64,000 nucleotides of DNA from NCBI GenBank assembly GCA_018238545.1, contig JABCTC010000002.1, forward strand, positions 1 to 64,000, in the 5' to 3' direction. Positions 17,998 through 28,446 of this stretch are shown here, piece by piece. The notes under the pieces are model-generated. The model was not told the DNA's origin, did not search any database, and saw only the letters and a list, made by a program, of their open reading frames with translations. Position numbers and translations under genes: made by a program. The DNA is from Candidatus Heimdallarchaeota archaeon. GTDB lineage: Archaea > Asgardarchaeota > Heimdallarchaeia > Heimdallarchaeales > Heimdallarchaeaceae. Within the stretch, counting starts at the first letter, position 1, and every line of letters begins with the position of its first letter.

Positions 17998-19158
17998 TCA
18001 CTTCTTCTTCTTTTCAATACCTATATCGGTTCTTTTAGCTAATTCAGGAACAATTTGTAGAAATGGTAGGATTGCATTCGCTATGGATGAGAAGGCATCT
18101 TCCTTACTTCCAGTTATTATCATTTTATCAATCTCTAAATTCTGATAAATCTCTGGAAGTTTCTCAATAATCATTTCTTGGAACAGACGAGAATCTGATT
18201 TGTTTAAAGCTTCAATTCTTTTAAGAATACCTTCAGCTTCAGCCATTTTGGCTTCACGAATAACTGTAGCTTCACCTCGAGCTCTTGATTCAATTTCGAA
18301 TTGTTTAGCTTCAGCTAATTTCTTAATTTTATCAGCTTCAGCAGCAGCTTCAATCTGAATCTTTGTTTGATAAGTTTGAGCTTCGACTTCTGTTCTCCTT
18401 CTCTCTAGTTCTTGAACTTGAATGTCTTTTTCTTTCTCCTTAGAGTCGACATCCATCCCAACTTCTTGTTGTTCAATACCTACTTTACGGCTAACTTCAA
18501 GATCTCGTAATTTAGTTATTTCTTCCATTTCAGCGTTTTTCAGTCTAGCAAGCTTCTCTTGTTCAATTTTCATAATAGCACTGACATTTGATTTCAGGTT
18601 AGGGTCGATAATCTCGATCTCTCTGATTTCACATGATTCAATAACTAAACCCCAATCTCTTGTCAAAGTGTGTAATTCTTTAGTTACAGCTTCGATAATA
18701 GCTTGCCTGTCCCTAATAATTTTTTCTAGTGCCATATTTGCACAAGCAGTTCTGATAATACTTTCTGCTGCATTTTTAATGATTTTCTCTACGTGTGCCT
18801 GTGATTTTATATCCCATGAAGTTCGTGAGAAAGCTACTTCAGGATCAACAACACGCCAGAAAATAAATGCTGTAACACTTATTTCCTGAAATTCTCGTGA
18901 AACTACTTTTTCTTTAGCTTCTAAAAATGTTGACTGTGTTGTGACAGGTATCACTCTAACTTCATCTATAAGTGGAATGACTACAGCTTTTCCTCCAATA
19001 CCTGCTTTGATGACTCTCCCATTCCTGAAATGTATCATATAAGTATCAGAGGTAAATTTCCGATAACGACTTGCAAAAAATAGCAAGAATAGTGTTGCAA
19101 CTACAACGATTCCAATAACTATCCAAACAATAACCATTGTTATTTCCATCTTCTTCAT
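17998..19158 (-). CDS. SPFH/band-7 (flotillin-like) membrane protein.
   Basis: N-terminal TM; the SPFH core (VTAFIFWRVVDP..., RDWGLVIESCEIREIEI) is followed by a long E/A/K-rich coiled-coil flotillin-type region. Confidence 0.75.
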   Translation of the reverse strand: MKKMEITMVIVWIVIGIVVVATLFLLFFASRYRKFTSDTYMIHFRNGRVIKAGIGGKAVVIPLIDEVRVIPVTTQSTFLEAKEKVVSREFQEISVTAFIFWRVVDPEVAFSRTSWDIKSQAHVEKIIKNAAESIIRTACANMALEKIIRDRQAIIEAVTKELHTLTRDWGLVIESCEIREIEIIDPNLKSNVSAIMKIEQEKLARLKNAEMEEITKLRDLEVSRKVGIEQQEVGMDVDSKEKEKDIQVQELERRRTEVEAQTYQTKIQIEAAAEADKIKKLAEAKQFEIESRARGEATVIREAKMAEAEGILKRIEALNKSDSRLFQEMIIEKLPEIYQNLEIDKMIITGSKEDAFSSIANAILPFLQIVPELAKRTDIGIEKKKK

Positions 19159-19242
19159 ACCCTCTGTTTTCTGTGAGTAAATTTAGCTTTGGTCGCTTTT
19201 TAAGGTATCCAAATGTAAGTATTTAGCAAAAACAAAAATGAA

Positions 19243-20067
19243 CTAGATAATATCAACCAGGTATACTCTCTTCTTTACGGCAACTATACGGACTTTTTCT
19301 TCTCGTTCAAATCTCTTGAAATGGTCAAAGCTTTTTGCATTAAGTTTCTGTAATCCCATACCTTCTCCGAGATCAACGTGAATGATTCCTCCTCTTGAAT
19401 CAACGGGAACATAAACTATTGCAATTTTGCCTACAAGCTGAAGGCCACGTATAATTGGTTTAACAGTTGTAGCTGAAATTCTCTTCCAAATATTGGTAAT
19501 GGCTAATGCTAATAGAAAAGGCGAGACAACTATTACGACTATTCTGAATATTCTAATTCCAATGCTTTCAGAACTAATTTGTAATGTAGATACACCTAAG
19601 ATTCCAAACATAAGGAAATAAGTAGACATTAGTAAAAATATAGGGGCTGTTGTATGAGTGATGTCCTTGAAACCATCTGCATGCACTTCAGTAATATCCC
19701 CATCATGCCCAGATAAATCCAGTTCATCCCCAGAAATATCATGATCCATTGACACATCATGGTCAAGTGATACATCATGATCTAACGATATATCGTGATC
19801 AACAGAGATGTCATGATCTATTGATATATCGTGATCAACAGAGATGTCATGATCTATTGATATATCGTGGTCACCAGAAATATCGTGATCACCGGATAGG
19901 TCATAATCTCCTGATACATCATGATCACCTATCCCAAAAGCATGAGCCATACTTTCCAAGTTCAGAATAACTGATAGTAAAATCAAAATTCCACCAGATA
20001 TAAGCAAACCTATTGCTAAATAATAGAGAACACTCTCAAACCCATTGAGGAATGTATCAAATGTCAT
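19243..20067 (-). CDS. NfeD-like membrane protein (short form: TM helices plus a C-terminal OB-fold) with a His/Asp-rich DHDxS tandem-repeat insert. Partner of the flotillin gene immediately downstream.
   Basis: TM1; about 15 (S/L/I/V)DHD(I/V)S hexapeptide repeats; two TM helices; C-terminal beta-rich segment (KIAIVYVPVD...VRIVAVKKRVYLVDI) as in NfeD OB-folds. Co-oriented with and upstream of the SPFH gene. Confidence 0.55.
   Translation of the reverse strand: MTFDTFLNGFESVLYYLAIGLLISGGILILLSVILNLESMAHAFGIGDHDVSGDYDLSGDHDISGDHDISIDHDISVDHDISIDHDISVDHDISLDHDVSLDHDVSMDHDISGDELDLSGHDGDITEVHADGFKDITHTTAPIFLLMSTYFLMFGILGVSTLQISSESIGIRIFRIVVIVVSPFLLALAITNIWKRISATTVKPIIRGLQLVGKIAIVYVPVDSRGGIIHVDLGEGMGLQKLNAKSFDHFKRFEREEKVRIVAVKKRVYLVDII
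19700..19935. repeat. 18-bp-period tandem repeat array encoding the DHDxS units. It contains a perfect 36-bp duplication at 19787-19822 and 19823-19858.
   Basis: gatatatcgtgatcaacagagatgtcatgatctatt occurs twice in tandem with 100 % identity, flanked by degenerate 18-bp units. Confidence 0.8.
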
Positions 20068-20174
20068 AATTTCCCCTGCTGTTTCTTCTATGTAAATCTA
20101 GACATACCAACTTAAAAACGTATAGAAATTCAGTGATTAACGAAATAGTCAAATAATTAGTTTACAAGTATAAT

Positions 20175-21602
20175 TTGACTGCATTGAATGGTATCAACGT
20201 ATCTGATTTCTCAATTTGTATGGAAGAAATAAAAAAAGGTGGACTTGAGCCAAAGGTATACACTATTCCGCAAAATTTGATGAAAAAAGTTAGTAATAAT
20301 ATATTGAAGAAAATTCATGTTGTAATGAAGTTAGCTGAAAAACAGGAAGTTTCTTTGGCTATAGTTGGTGGTTTTGTTAGAGATTTACTGTTAGGTAACC
20401 CCAGTCAAGATGTTGATTTTGTTATTTTTAGAGGAGATATTAATGAATTCACAAAAGTACTGGCAAGTAGAACCGGAAGCAAAATAGGTAAAATGAACAA
20501 TAAGACTCTTACAACACAGATTAGGTTTGCAGATGGAACTTTTTTTGAATTTAATTCTACAAGAAAGGAGGAGTATCAATACCCTTCTAGAACTCCACAA
20601 GTGATAACTGGTACAATTTTGGATGATCTATTTAGACGAGATTTTACTATCAATGCTTTATTGCTGTTTGATGATAAAATCATAGATATTTTCAATGGAA
20701 AGGAAGACCTAGAAGAAGGGATAATTCAAACAACTCGCGATTCTGAAACAGTTTTTAAAGAGGATTATCTAAGAATGCTTCGTGCTGTAAGGTTTGCAAG
20801 TAAATTAGGCTTTACTCTATCTGAGAGAGTTCAAATTGGCATTCGAAAAAACGTGACGAATTTGTTAGACGTTCCAAAAGAACGAACATTAAATGAACTG
20901 AAAAGTGCTCTCAAGAATAATCCAGTTAGAACATTGAAACTATTGATAGATTTGGATATACTGGAAACAATGTTTCCTCTTATTCGAAACATAAATTTAG
21001 ATAAGAGTATTTACTCATCTGATACTGTTTTTTTGAAGATTGAAAATAAGTACAAGTTCTTAGCAGATAGGGAAGTATCAGAAATGTCAGTTTACTTTGC
21101 AGTTTTACTAATGGAAACCCATGTAGAAGAAGAGAGCAAAAAAAGAGAATCTGTTCTAAAATTGAAACTTGACAAACTGTTGAGGTTTTATAAATTTTCT
21201 AACAAGCAAAGAGATAACATACTTTTTCTGATTGAAAATCGCAACTCACTTTTGAACTTAATTGGCTGTAATCCATCAAAACTTGAGCTCAGACAACTAA
21301 CTAAGAAACTAGATTTACATATGGAAAACATATCTTACTTAACTGAAGCTGAATTATCTGTTAAAGTTGATGTGTTAGATTTCGCTCATTTGAAAAAGGC
21401 TCTAGAAGAGATCAAGCAAAATCATGATCTTATTAGCTTTCAACTACACATTGATGGTCATGAAATCCAAACAATTTTTGGAATTAAGGGGGAAAAAATC
21501 AAGCAATTAAAAAGTGACTTGATGGGAGCTATTATGAACGAAGAAATCGATAACACAAAGGAATCTTGTTTGAAATATATAAAAGAAAAACTAGAGCGTT
21601 GA
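20175..21602 (+). CDS. cca: Class-II (bacterial/eukaryal-type) tRNA nucleotidyltransferase (CCA-adding) / poly(A) polymerase-family protein. The start is uncertain: the TTG at 20175 or an internal ATG.
   Basis: Head-domain signature LAIVGGFVRDLLLG...DVDFVI...RRDFTINAL; class-II neck motif EDYLRMLRAVRFASKLGF; C-terminal HIDGHEIQTIFGIKGEKIKQ. Confidence 0.6.
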   Translation: MTALNGINVSDFSICMEEIKKGGLEPKVYTIPQNLMKKVSNNILKKIHVVMKLAEKQEVSLAIVGGFVRDLLLGNPSQDVDFVIFRGDINEFTKVLASRTGSKIGKMNNKTLTTQIRFADGTFFEFNSTRKEEYQYPSRTPQVITGTILDDLFRRDFTINALLLFDDKIIDIFNGKEDLEEGIIQTTRDSETVFKEDYLRMLRAVRFASKLGFTLSERVQIGIRKNVTNLLDVPKERTLNELKSALKNNPVRTLKLLIDLDILETMFPLIRNINLDKSIYSSDTVFLKIENKYKFLADREVSEMSVYFAVLLMETHVEEESKKRESVLKLKLDKLLRFYKFSNKQRDNILFLIENRNSLLNLIGCNPSKLELRQLTKKLDLHMENISYLTEAELSVKVDVLDFAHLKKALEEIKQNHDLISFQLHIDGHEIQTIFGIKGEKIKQLKSDLMGAIMNEEIDNTKESCLKYIKEKLER

Positions 21603-21675
21603 ATGCGAAAAAGATTAAAGTGTTTAAGCAGAGAATAATCCTCAAGACACAAATGTAGGAATTAATAGATAGGAG

Positions 21676-23433
21676 TTGAATGAGATTACTTCTAAGGCTA
21701 AAATATATCTGGTTTCCTTTATTTTATTTTCGCTCATAATTACTAGCTCTTATCATTCGTACGCATACCCTTCGTTTGAACACCCTAATAGTTTGGTTGA
21801 AGATTCCCAAATAGCCAATATCGATAATTCTTTGGAATATACCTTTATGGAATCAATGAAGATAGAATCAGATGAAGATTTCATTACACTAGGTTTTCCA
21901 GGTAATGGAGCTCTTGAGAACCCATATAGAATAGAAAATTTCCAAATAGGAGGCGCCGATATTGCCACTGGATTATTCATCTCAAACGTCACCAAGCATT
22001 TCATAATCACAGATTGCCAAATCGCAGCAGCAATTGCTATTCATATCGTCAATATTCCAGATGTAAGGTTCAATATCTCTGATAATAATATAGAAAGTTC
22101 AAGTTTTTATTATCCTATTAACACGCTGACTGGCATTAAATTGGTAAATTGCGGCAATGTTTCACTAACACTTAATTTTATTGAATCTTCATATATTGGG
22201 TTAGAAATGATTTCTACTGAAAATATTCTTGTGTTAAATAATGAATTTGCTGAGAAATCTGATGAAGATTCTAAAATTAAATACACCGGGATAAAACTAA
22301 GACATACTGAGAATTGTACGTTTATAGATAACTCCTTTACACAAGGGGGTTTCTATTTTGATCTAGATTTTGAACAGCTTAACACTCTTGTACTTGAAAA
22401 TAATTCTATAGGTGATAAGAAAATCTTATTCTGTAAAAACGTAACTGAAACAACAATTTCTAGTCAGATATATGGTCAAATATTACTGTTCCGTTGCAAA
22501 GATATAATTGTAAAAAATCTGGTGCTAACAAATCTTTACATCGGAATTGGCATATTTTTCTCAGATATGTGTGAAGTCTATGATAATATAATTCTTGATT
22601 GCCATTTTGGAATCTATGATTATAATTCTTACAATACTGAGATTAGCAATAATATTTGTGACGGTAACAGCGTTGGTATTGCAGTGGTGTATGCTAAATT
22701 TAGTATTCTTAATAATAACACATGTATAAATTCGAATTTTTATGATGGAATCCAACTGTCTAATTCTATTTATTCTACTGTTGAAAATAACAATTGCTCT
22801 TTCAACAAGCTAGGAAATGGTATTCTCGATTCCAGTAAAGATTCTATTATTATGAACAATGTTTGTATGAATAATAGTTATGGAATACATTTGTGGTTTT
22901 CTGATTATACAACCATCATGAACAACAAACTGAATCATAATTCTGGTGGTATATGGGCTCTAGATGCTCATGACATTAGAATTTATAATAATACTATTGA
23001 ATACAATACGAAATTTAGCGGAATTATAATTCAAAACAGTATTGAAGGGATTATCTCCAATAACCTAATATTGGAAAATGTAGGATATGGTGTAATATTA
23101 AATGCTGGAACGACGGATTATGTTATCCATCATAATAGTTTCTTCAATAATCTGGTTTATTCAAACGCCTTAAGTCAAGCTTCTGATGACGGAGAAGGAA
23201 ATTATTGGTACCATCCCGATACTTTGGTTGGTAACTATTGGTCCGATAGAGGTTTATCGAGTAAGTACAAAATAGATGGAACAGCGGAATCTATTGATTT
23301 ATACCCTCTAAAAGATCCAAGTGTACAACCTAGTGATGATTATACTAACAGAAGCAATTTCTTCTTTATTTTGACACTCACAGCATTAATTCCATTAACT
23401 TTCAACCATAGAAAAAAGAGAAGGAAAATTTGA
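21676..23433 (+). CDS. Secreted right-handed parallel beta-helix repeat protein (pectin-lyase-fold, NosD-like) with a C-terminal TM anchor and a basic tail.
   Basis: N-terminal signal/TM; many N/I/G-rich ~22-residue beta-helix coils (NNSIG..., NNxCxxN..., IxNN repeated); C-terminal hydrophobic segment plus RKKRRKI. Confidence 0.55.
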   Translation: MNEITSKAKIYLVSFILFSLIITSSYHSYAYPSFEHPNSLVEDSQIANIDNSLEYTFMESMKIESDEDFITLGFPGNGALENPYRIENFQIGGADIATGLFISNVTKHFIITDCQIAAAIAIHIVNIPDVRFNISDNNIESSSFYYPINTLTGIKLVNCGNVSLTLNFIESSYIGLEMISTENILVLNNEFAEKSDEDSKIKYTGIKLRHTENCTFIDNSFTQGGFYFDLDFEQLNTLVLENNSIGDKKILFCKNVTETTISSQIYGQILLFRCKDIIVKNLVLTNLYIGIGIFFSDMCEVYDNIILDCHFGIYDYNSYNTEISNNICDGNSVGIAVVYAKFSILNNNTCINSNFYDGIQLSNSIYSTVENNNCSFNKLGNGILDSSKDSIIMNNVCMNNSYGIHLWFSDYTTIMNNKLNHNSGGIWALDAHDIRIYNNTIEYNTKFSGIIIQNSIEGIISNNLILENVGYGVILNAGTTDYVIHHNSFFNNLVYSNALSQASDDGEGNYWYHPDTLVGNYWSDRGLSSKYKIDGTAESIDLYPLKDPSVQPSDDYTNRSNFFFILTLTALIPLTFNHRKKRRKI

Positions 23434-23447
23434 AACTTTTAACACTT

Positions 23448-24827
23448 TTAAGGTTCTAGCAATTTTTGTAATTCCTCTTTGTTTTCTAAGTCTGATTCTG
23501 AAATAATTTCTTTGATTGTTTTATCAGTTTCATGTGCTCTCATAGCAAGTTCTGCTGCTTCATCATAACCTATTATTGGTGTAAGTTTGGTTACAGACAT
23601 CAAATTTCTTTCCATATGCTTATTGATATTTTTAATATTTGGTTTCAAACCTTTCAGAAGATTTTCTGTGAAAGATATGATACCTTTGGACATAAGGTTG
23701 ATTGAATCAAGAATAGAGACAATAATTAGTGGTTTCATAGTGTTAAGGTCTAATACGCTACCATGACTTTCAGCTGATGCAATTATGGTGTCATTTCCCA
23801 GAACCTGTAAGCATACTTGCATTAACATCTCAGATTGGGTTGGATTGATTTTTCCAGGCATTATTGAAGAACCAGGTTCGTTTTGAGGTAAGATCAATTC
23901 TCCTAATCCTGCTCTTGGTCCGCTCCCCATCCAACGGATATCATTAGCCAATTTCATTAAGGATAAAGCAATATTTCTCAAAATACTGCTTACAAAAACC
24001 ATAGCATTGTGGGAAGCTATTCCTTCAGCTTTAAGTGGATTTGAAGTGAAATATAAATCAGTGATCTCACACAGATGTTTCGTAGCAGTTTCACTGAATT
24101 TCTCGTGAGCAGTAATTCCTGTTCCAACAGCTGTTCCACCTATAGGAATTGAGAGAAGATTTTCAAATGTTGATTGCAATCTTTTTTGTCCTTCCATCAG
24201 TTGTTTCTCATAAACAGAAAATTCCATTGAAAGAGGTATTGGGACGGCATCTTCTAAATGAGTTCTGCCAACCTTGATAATGTCGTTAAACTCGTTGATT
24301 TTAACATTTAAAGCATCTCTCATCTTCTGAATAGCAGGAAGTAAATCATCCTTGATACCTTTAATGGTTGAAAGATGCATTGCAGTAGGGATTATATCAT
24401 TTGAAGATTGACCAAGATTAATATGATCATTAGGATGAACAGGTTGTTTCTTGCCTTTTGGCATACCTAAAATTTCATTTGCTCGGTTAGCTACAACTTC
24501 ATTCATATTCATATTTGTTTGAGTTCCTGAACCTGTTTGAAAAATATCTACTGGGAACTGATCAAGAAACCTCTTATCAATGATGATGTTATCTAAGGCT
24601 TGTTCACATGCCTCCCTTAACTTTGCATTGATCTGGTTGAGTTCAATATTCGCTAAGAGACAGGCTTTTTTTACTAATGCTAAAGAAAGTATGAAAGATG
24701 TAGGAAATTGCTTTCCACTTATTTGAAAATTGAGGATAGCTCTCTGGGTGTTAATTCCCCAATAAACTTCTTCGGGAACTTCTAACTCACCTAAAACATC
24801 TTTCTCTATCCTTATCTTTTCATTCAT
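23448..24827 (-). CDS. fumC: Class-II fumarate hydratase (fumarase C / aspartase family).
   Basis: GSSIMPGKINPTQSEM signature (GSSxMPxKxN); length 459 aa; overlaps sdhB by 8 nt in an sdhAB-fumC arrangement. Confidence 0.75.
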   Translation of the reverse strand: MNEKIRIEKDVLGELEVPEEVYWGINTQRAILNFQISGKQFPTSFILSLALVKKACLLANIELNQINAKLREACEQALDNIIIDKRFLDQFPVDIFQTGSGTQTNMNMNEVVANRANEILGMPKGKKQPVHPNDHINLGQSSNDIIPTAMHLSTIKGIKDDLLPAIQKMRDALNVKINEFNDIIKVGRTHLEDAVPIPLSMEFSVYEKQLMEGQKRLQSTFENLLSIPIGGTAVGTGITAHEKFSETATKHLCEITDLYFTSNPLKAEGIASHNAMVFVSSILRNIALSLMKLANDIRWMGSGPRAGLGELILPQNEPGSSIMPGKINPTQSEMLMQVCLQVLGNDTIIASAESHGSVLDLNTMKPLIIVSILDSINLMSKGIISFTENLLKGLKPNIKNINKHMERNLMSVTKLTPIIGYDEAAELAMRAHETDKTIKEIISESDLENKEELQKLLEP

Positions 24828-25587
24828 TTTTTGACCACTTATCTCTAATGTTTTTTATCGCTGTTCCAGGTTTTACGCCTTTAGGACATACTCGATTACA
24901 TACAAAGTATTTTTCACAAGCTGGAACACCGTTTACTTGCCAAACTTTTTCTATGATTTTTTCTCTGTGTTCATCAGAAGTGCGAGTATCAGCTATGAAT
25001 CTATATCCTTTTGCAAGTGCTGTAGGACCTAGGTACTTCTTATTATTAGCATTTACTGGACAAGACCAACATAAACCACAAAGAATACAATAAACAAGAT
25101 TCTCTATAGATTTTGCATCTTCAGAAGATTGTGAGGATTCAGGTGCTACATCATTCCATTCTCTCTCCAGATACGGTTCAACTTCTCTATAGAACTTCCA
25201 AAAAGGATCCATATCAACAATTAAATCTTTGATGATCTCCATGTTAGGTAAAGGTTCAACCAGTATTTCTTCTTCTTTATTCCAATCGGATATATCACCA
25301 TAATGGAATTCAGGTAATTTAGGTGGTTTCTTTGCTGTTTTAACATTTGAAACCTGAGTTTTACAAGCTAATTGAGGAACTTTGTCAACTGTTACACTGC
25401 AAGAACCACAGATAGCTCCACGGCAAGAATATCTAAAAGCTAGTGTAGAATCTATATGATCTTGAATATAGAAAAGTGCTTCAAGTATTGTCATCCCTTT
25501 CCTTTTTGGAACTTCATATCTTTCATATCTTGCTTCTTCATTGGGTCTTTTTCTGAAGACTAAAAATTTCTGTATTTCTTCCATCAA
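24820..25587 (-). CDS. sdhB: Succinate dehydrogenase/fumarate reductase iron-sulfur subunit.
   Basis: [2Fe-2S] [11 protein letters not shown]; [4Fe-4S] [11 protein letters not shown]; [3Fe-4S] CNRVCPKG. Confidence 0.8.
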   Translation of the reverse strand: MMEEIQKFLVFRKRPNEEARYERYEVPKRKGMTILEALFYIQDHIDSTLAFRYSCRGAICGSCSVTVDKVPQLACKTQVSNVKTAKKPPKLPEFHYGDISDWNKEEEILVEPLPNMEIIKDLIVDMDPFWKFYREVEPYLEREWNDVAPESSQSSEDAKSIENLVYCILCGLCWSCPVNANNKKYLGPTALAKGYRFIADTRTSDEHREKIIEKVWQVNGVPACEKYFVCNRVCPKGVKPGTAIKNIRDKWSKNE

Positions 25588-27296
25588 TACACACGCTCCT
25601 TAATTTCAAACTTACCTAATTTGACTGGTTTCGTTTCAAGTTTCAAACCATCTTCTGTTTTGTAGACTAATGAATGAACGAGATAATCTTCATCATTCCT
25701 TGTTGGATAGTCCTTTCTGGAATGAGCACCACGACTTTCCTTTCTCCATAGAGCAGCATAAGCTGTTACAGCTGCAATGTCAATCATGTTTCTTAATTCC
25801 AGGTTTCGTAGAATCCCAAAATTGAACTCTCTTTCTGAAGTAGGTAGTTGAACATTCTCGAAATCCTTCTGCAGTTGAGCTAATTTGTCATAAGCTTCTT
25901 GAAGCGCTCCTTCTGTTCGGAAAACACCAACACTTGTATCCAAAGTTATGCCCATTTCATCTCTAATCTCAATGGGTCTTCTTCCTGAATTGTTATTCCA
26001 TCGATTGAACAAATCTTCAATCTCTTTATAGACTGCTTCCTCTGCTCTCTCTAATTTATCAATAGAAGGAAGTGCTACTAAGCCTTTCTCGAGAAGTTTT
26101 CTACCTATATATCTACCAAAAACCGAGGTTTCCAAAAGAGAATTACCTCCTAACCGATTAGCTCCATGGACGGAGATACTAGCTGTTTCACCTACAGCAT
26201 AGAGACCAGCAAGAGGAGTTTCGCAATAATCTCCACCGAATTTTGTGGCAATACCTCCCATCGAATAATGTTGTCCAGGCTGAACAGGGATAGGTTCGTT
26301 AATAGGATCAACACCAGCAAAATCGATACAAATCTCTCTTATACCAGGTAGTCTTTCGTTGATTTTCTCTGCTCCAAGATGAGTTAAATCAAGATGAACA
26401 TAAGCATTCTCAAACCCTCTGCCTTCTTGAATTTCTGTATCAATTGCTCGTGCAACAATATCTCGAGGTGCAAGTTCCATCGCTTTAGAAGCTACGTTTT
26501 TCATAAAACGTTCTCCTTTGTTATTAAAGAGGTAACCACCTTCCCCTCTTGCACCTTCTGTAATCAGAATATTTGTCCCATACAATGTTGTTGGATGGAA
26601 TTGTACGAACTCACAGTCTTGCATAGGAACTCCAGCTCGGAAAGCTGCTCCAACTCCATCACCAGTATTGATAATAGCATTGGTCGACCTTTTGTATGTT
26701 CTACCAAAACCACCAGTTGCCAAAATAACATAACCTGAACGGAAAATAATTAATTCTCCAGAAGCCATGTCTATAGATAAGATTCCAGTAATTTGGTCAT
26801 CAACTTTAATCAGATCAACTAAAAAGAACTCGTCAAAGAAAGTAACTTCCTTGCGAATACATTGCTCGTATAAAGTATGAAGTAAAGCATGGCCCGTTCT
26901 GTCAGCTGCATAACATGTTCGTGGATATCCTGCCCCACCAAAAGGTCTCTGTGCGATTAAACCCGAACCCAAACGTGAAAAAGGGGTACCCATGCTCTCG
27001 AATTCGATCACAATCTTAGGTGCTTCCTCACACATGAATTGGACTACATCTTGATCTGCAAGATAATCAGAACCATAAACAGTATCATAAGCATGCCTTT
27101 CAGCTGAATCCTCCTTTCCTTCTAGAGTATTGCCTAAAGAAGCATTGATTCCTCCTTGAGCGGCTCCGGAATGACTTCGGACAGGATGAACCTTGCTAAT
27201 AACCGCTACTTTCCACTTTTGGGAAAGCTCAAGAGCTGCTCTTAAACCACTTAGACCGGCTCCTACAACAATAACATCAAGCTCTTCTACTTTCAT
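25584..27296 (-). CDS. sdhA: Succinate dehydrogenase/fumarate reductase flavoprotein subunit.
   Basis: N-terminal FAD motif [15 protein letters not shown]; covalent-FAD His region [10 protein letters not shown]; 570 aa. Confidence 0.85.
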   Translation of the reverse strand: MKVEELDVIVVGAGLSGLRAALELSQKWKVAVISKVHPVRSHSGAAQGGINASLGNTLEGKEDSAERHAYDTVYGSDYLADQDVVQFMCEEAPKIVIEFESMGTPFSRLGSGLIAQRPFGGAGYPRTCYAADRTGHALLHTLYEQCIRKEVTFFDEFFLVDLIKVDDQITGILSIDMASGELIIFRSGYVILATGGFGRTYKRSTNAIINTGDGVGAAFRAGVPMQDCEFVQFHPTTLYGTNILITEGARGEGGYLFNNKGERFMKNVASKAMELAPRDIVARAIDTEIQEGRGFENAYVHLDLTHLGAEKINERLPGIREICIDFAGVDPINEPIPVQPGQHYSMGGIATKFGGDYCETPLAGLYAVGETASISVHGANRLGGNSLLETSVFGRYIGRKLLEKGLVALPSIDKLERAEEAVYKEIEDLFNRWNNNSGRRPIEIRDEMGITLDTSVGVFRTEGALQEAYDKLAQLQKDFENVQLPTSEREFNFGILRNLELRNMIDIAAVTAYAALWRKESRGAHSRKDYPTRNDEDYLVHSLVYKTEDGLKLETKPVKLGKFEIKERVY

Positions 27297-27412
27297 ATGA
27301 AAACCTACAAAGGTAGTTTATATAGAACAAGCGCTTTATTATATAATTTTAACCTTGTGTCAAAAAATAAAATAAAGTAAATAGATTTCAATTGAAATCT
27401 ATGATGCTTTGA

Positions 27413-27820
27413 TTATTGTAGAGCTAAGATAATTATTGGAATTACTAAAGCAGCTATTCCAGTAGATATTACAACTACTGTGAAGAGAATGTATCTTACA
27501 TTGTAAGTACCTAAAATTGATGAATCATAATATCCACTAACTTTTTGATCATCATATAATCGAATCAAACCCTCTAATAACTTCTGTCGAGTTTGCTTTC
27601 CTCTTGTTAAACCAAAGAATACCACTGTATTAATTACAATAATCAGTACTGCAATAACAACGAAAATAGGTATAGCATAAGCCTCATCTCCACCAGCAAA
27701 TGCACCATTTGCGATTGCACCTACAAGATTTAGTAGAATTGCAGTAATGATGAAAATTGTGTCTGTTCTAGTATTAGTTTTTAATTCATCAAGAATATGT
27801 TCATGAACCCTTTCAATCAT
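27413..27820 (-). CDS. Hypothetical membrane protein (three TM helices) upstream of sdhA. It is not a recognisable SdhC/D.
   Basis: Three hydrophobic helices; none of the conserved His heme ligands of SdhC/D. Confidence 0.35.
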   Translation of the reverse strand: MIERVHEHILDELKTNTRTDTIFIITAILLNLVGAIANGAFAGGDEAYAIPIFVVIAVLIIVINTVVFFGLTRGKQTRQKLLEGLIRLYDDQKVSGYYDSSILGTYNVRYILFTVVVISTGIAALVIPIIILALQ

Positions 27821-27960
27821 TTTTGTTCTCCTAGATATTCTATCTAATTATTAAGAGAGATAAGTCTCTTTTAAACTTAGTTAGAAAATAAGCAAGTTAG
27901 TATTGATCGCATCTAGAAAAAACTCATTAGAAAACATTAATATTGCAGTTTGTGTAAAAT

Positions 27961-28446
27961 ATGAAAGTAAGAAATAATGGTAATGGGGTTGATAGTGACT
28001 TGAAGGGTGACAAGTCTTATGAGGACAAAAACAAAGCAGAAAAAATAGTAAATAATCTGCAAAAATTAGTAAATCAAGCAACTTTGAGTAGGTTGAAGCC
28101 TACAATAGAGAGACAACTATATGAAATGAACTACGAGATCGATATAATGGTCTCAACAATGATAACTCATCCAAGACCGATATTTTTGCATTTTGAGGAT
28201 ATGGAGGAGATACCAATGGATGTGTTTGAGTGGTTAGGCGATTTCAGTAAGAAGAATGGGTTGAAGTATGTAAATAGCAAGGGAAACCTGTTTAGTCTAT
28301 TCTTAAAGAAAGACTATGACGATATTAATGAAATACAAACAACTAATACTTCGTTGTATTCAATTTATAGAAAAGAAAAAGCATCAATACTGCAAAGAGA
28401 GAAGATGAGTGAAGAAAATCTTTATACTTATACTGTGAAAAAGTAA
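27961..28446 (+). CDS. Hypothetical protein, 161 aa.
   Basis: Intact ORF; no motifs I recognise. Confidence 0.3.
   Translation: MKVRNNGNGVDSDLKGDKSYEDKNKAEKIVNNLQKLVNQATLSRLKPTIERQLYEMNYEIDIMVSTMITHPRPIFLHFEDMEEIPMDVFEWLGDFSKKNGLKYVNSKGNLFSLFLKKDYDDINEIQTTNTSLYSIYRKEKASILQREKMSEENLYTYTVKK

Noticed and set aside
18422-18889. Plus-strand 155-aa ORF inside the flotillin gene. Similar antisense ORFs occur at 19749-19970, 37648-38151, 58511-58873, 58701-58910, 26394-26738, 42478-42816 and 46816-47031.
   Set aside because: All are antisense to genes with strong family signatures and translate to biased, Ser/Ile-rich sequence. They are spurious.
19700-19935. Considered whether the 18/36-bp periodic array could be a CRISPR array.
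   Set aside because: The units are contiguous with no spacers, they are coding (DHDxS repeats in frame inside an NfeD-like ORF), and no cas genes are nearby.
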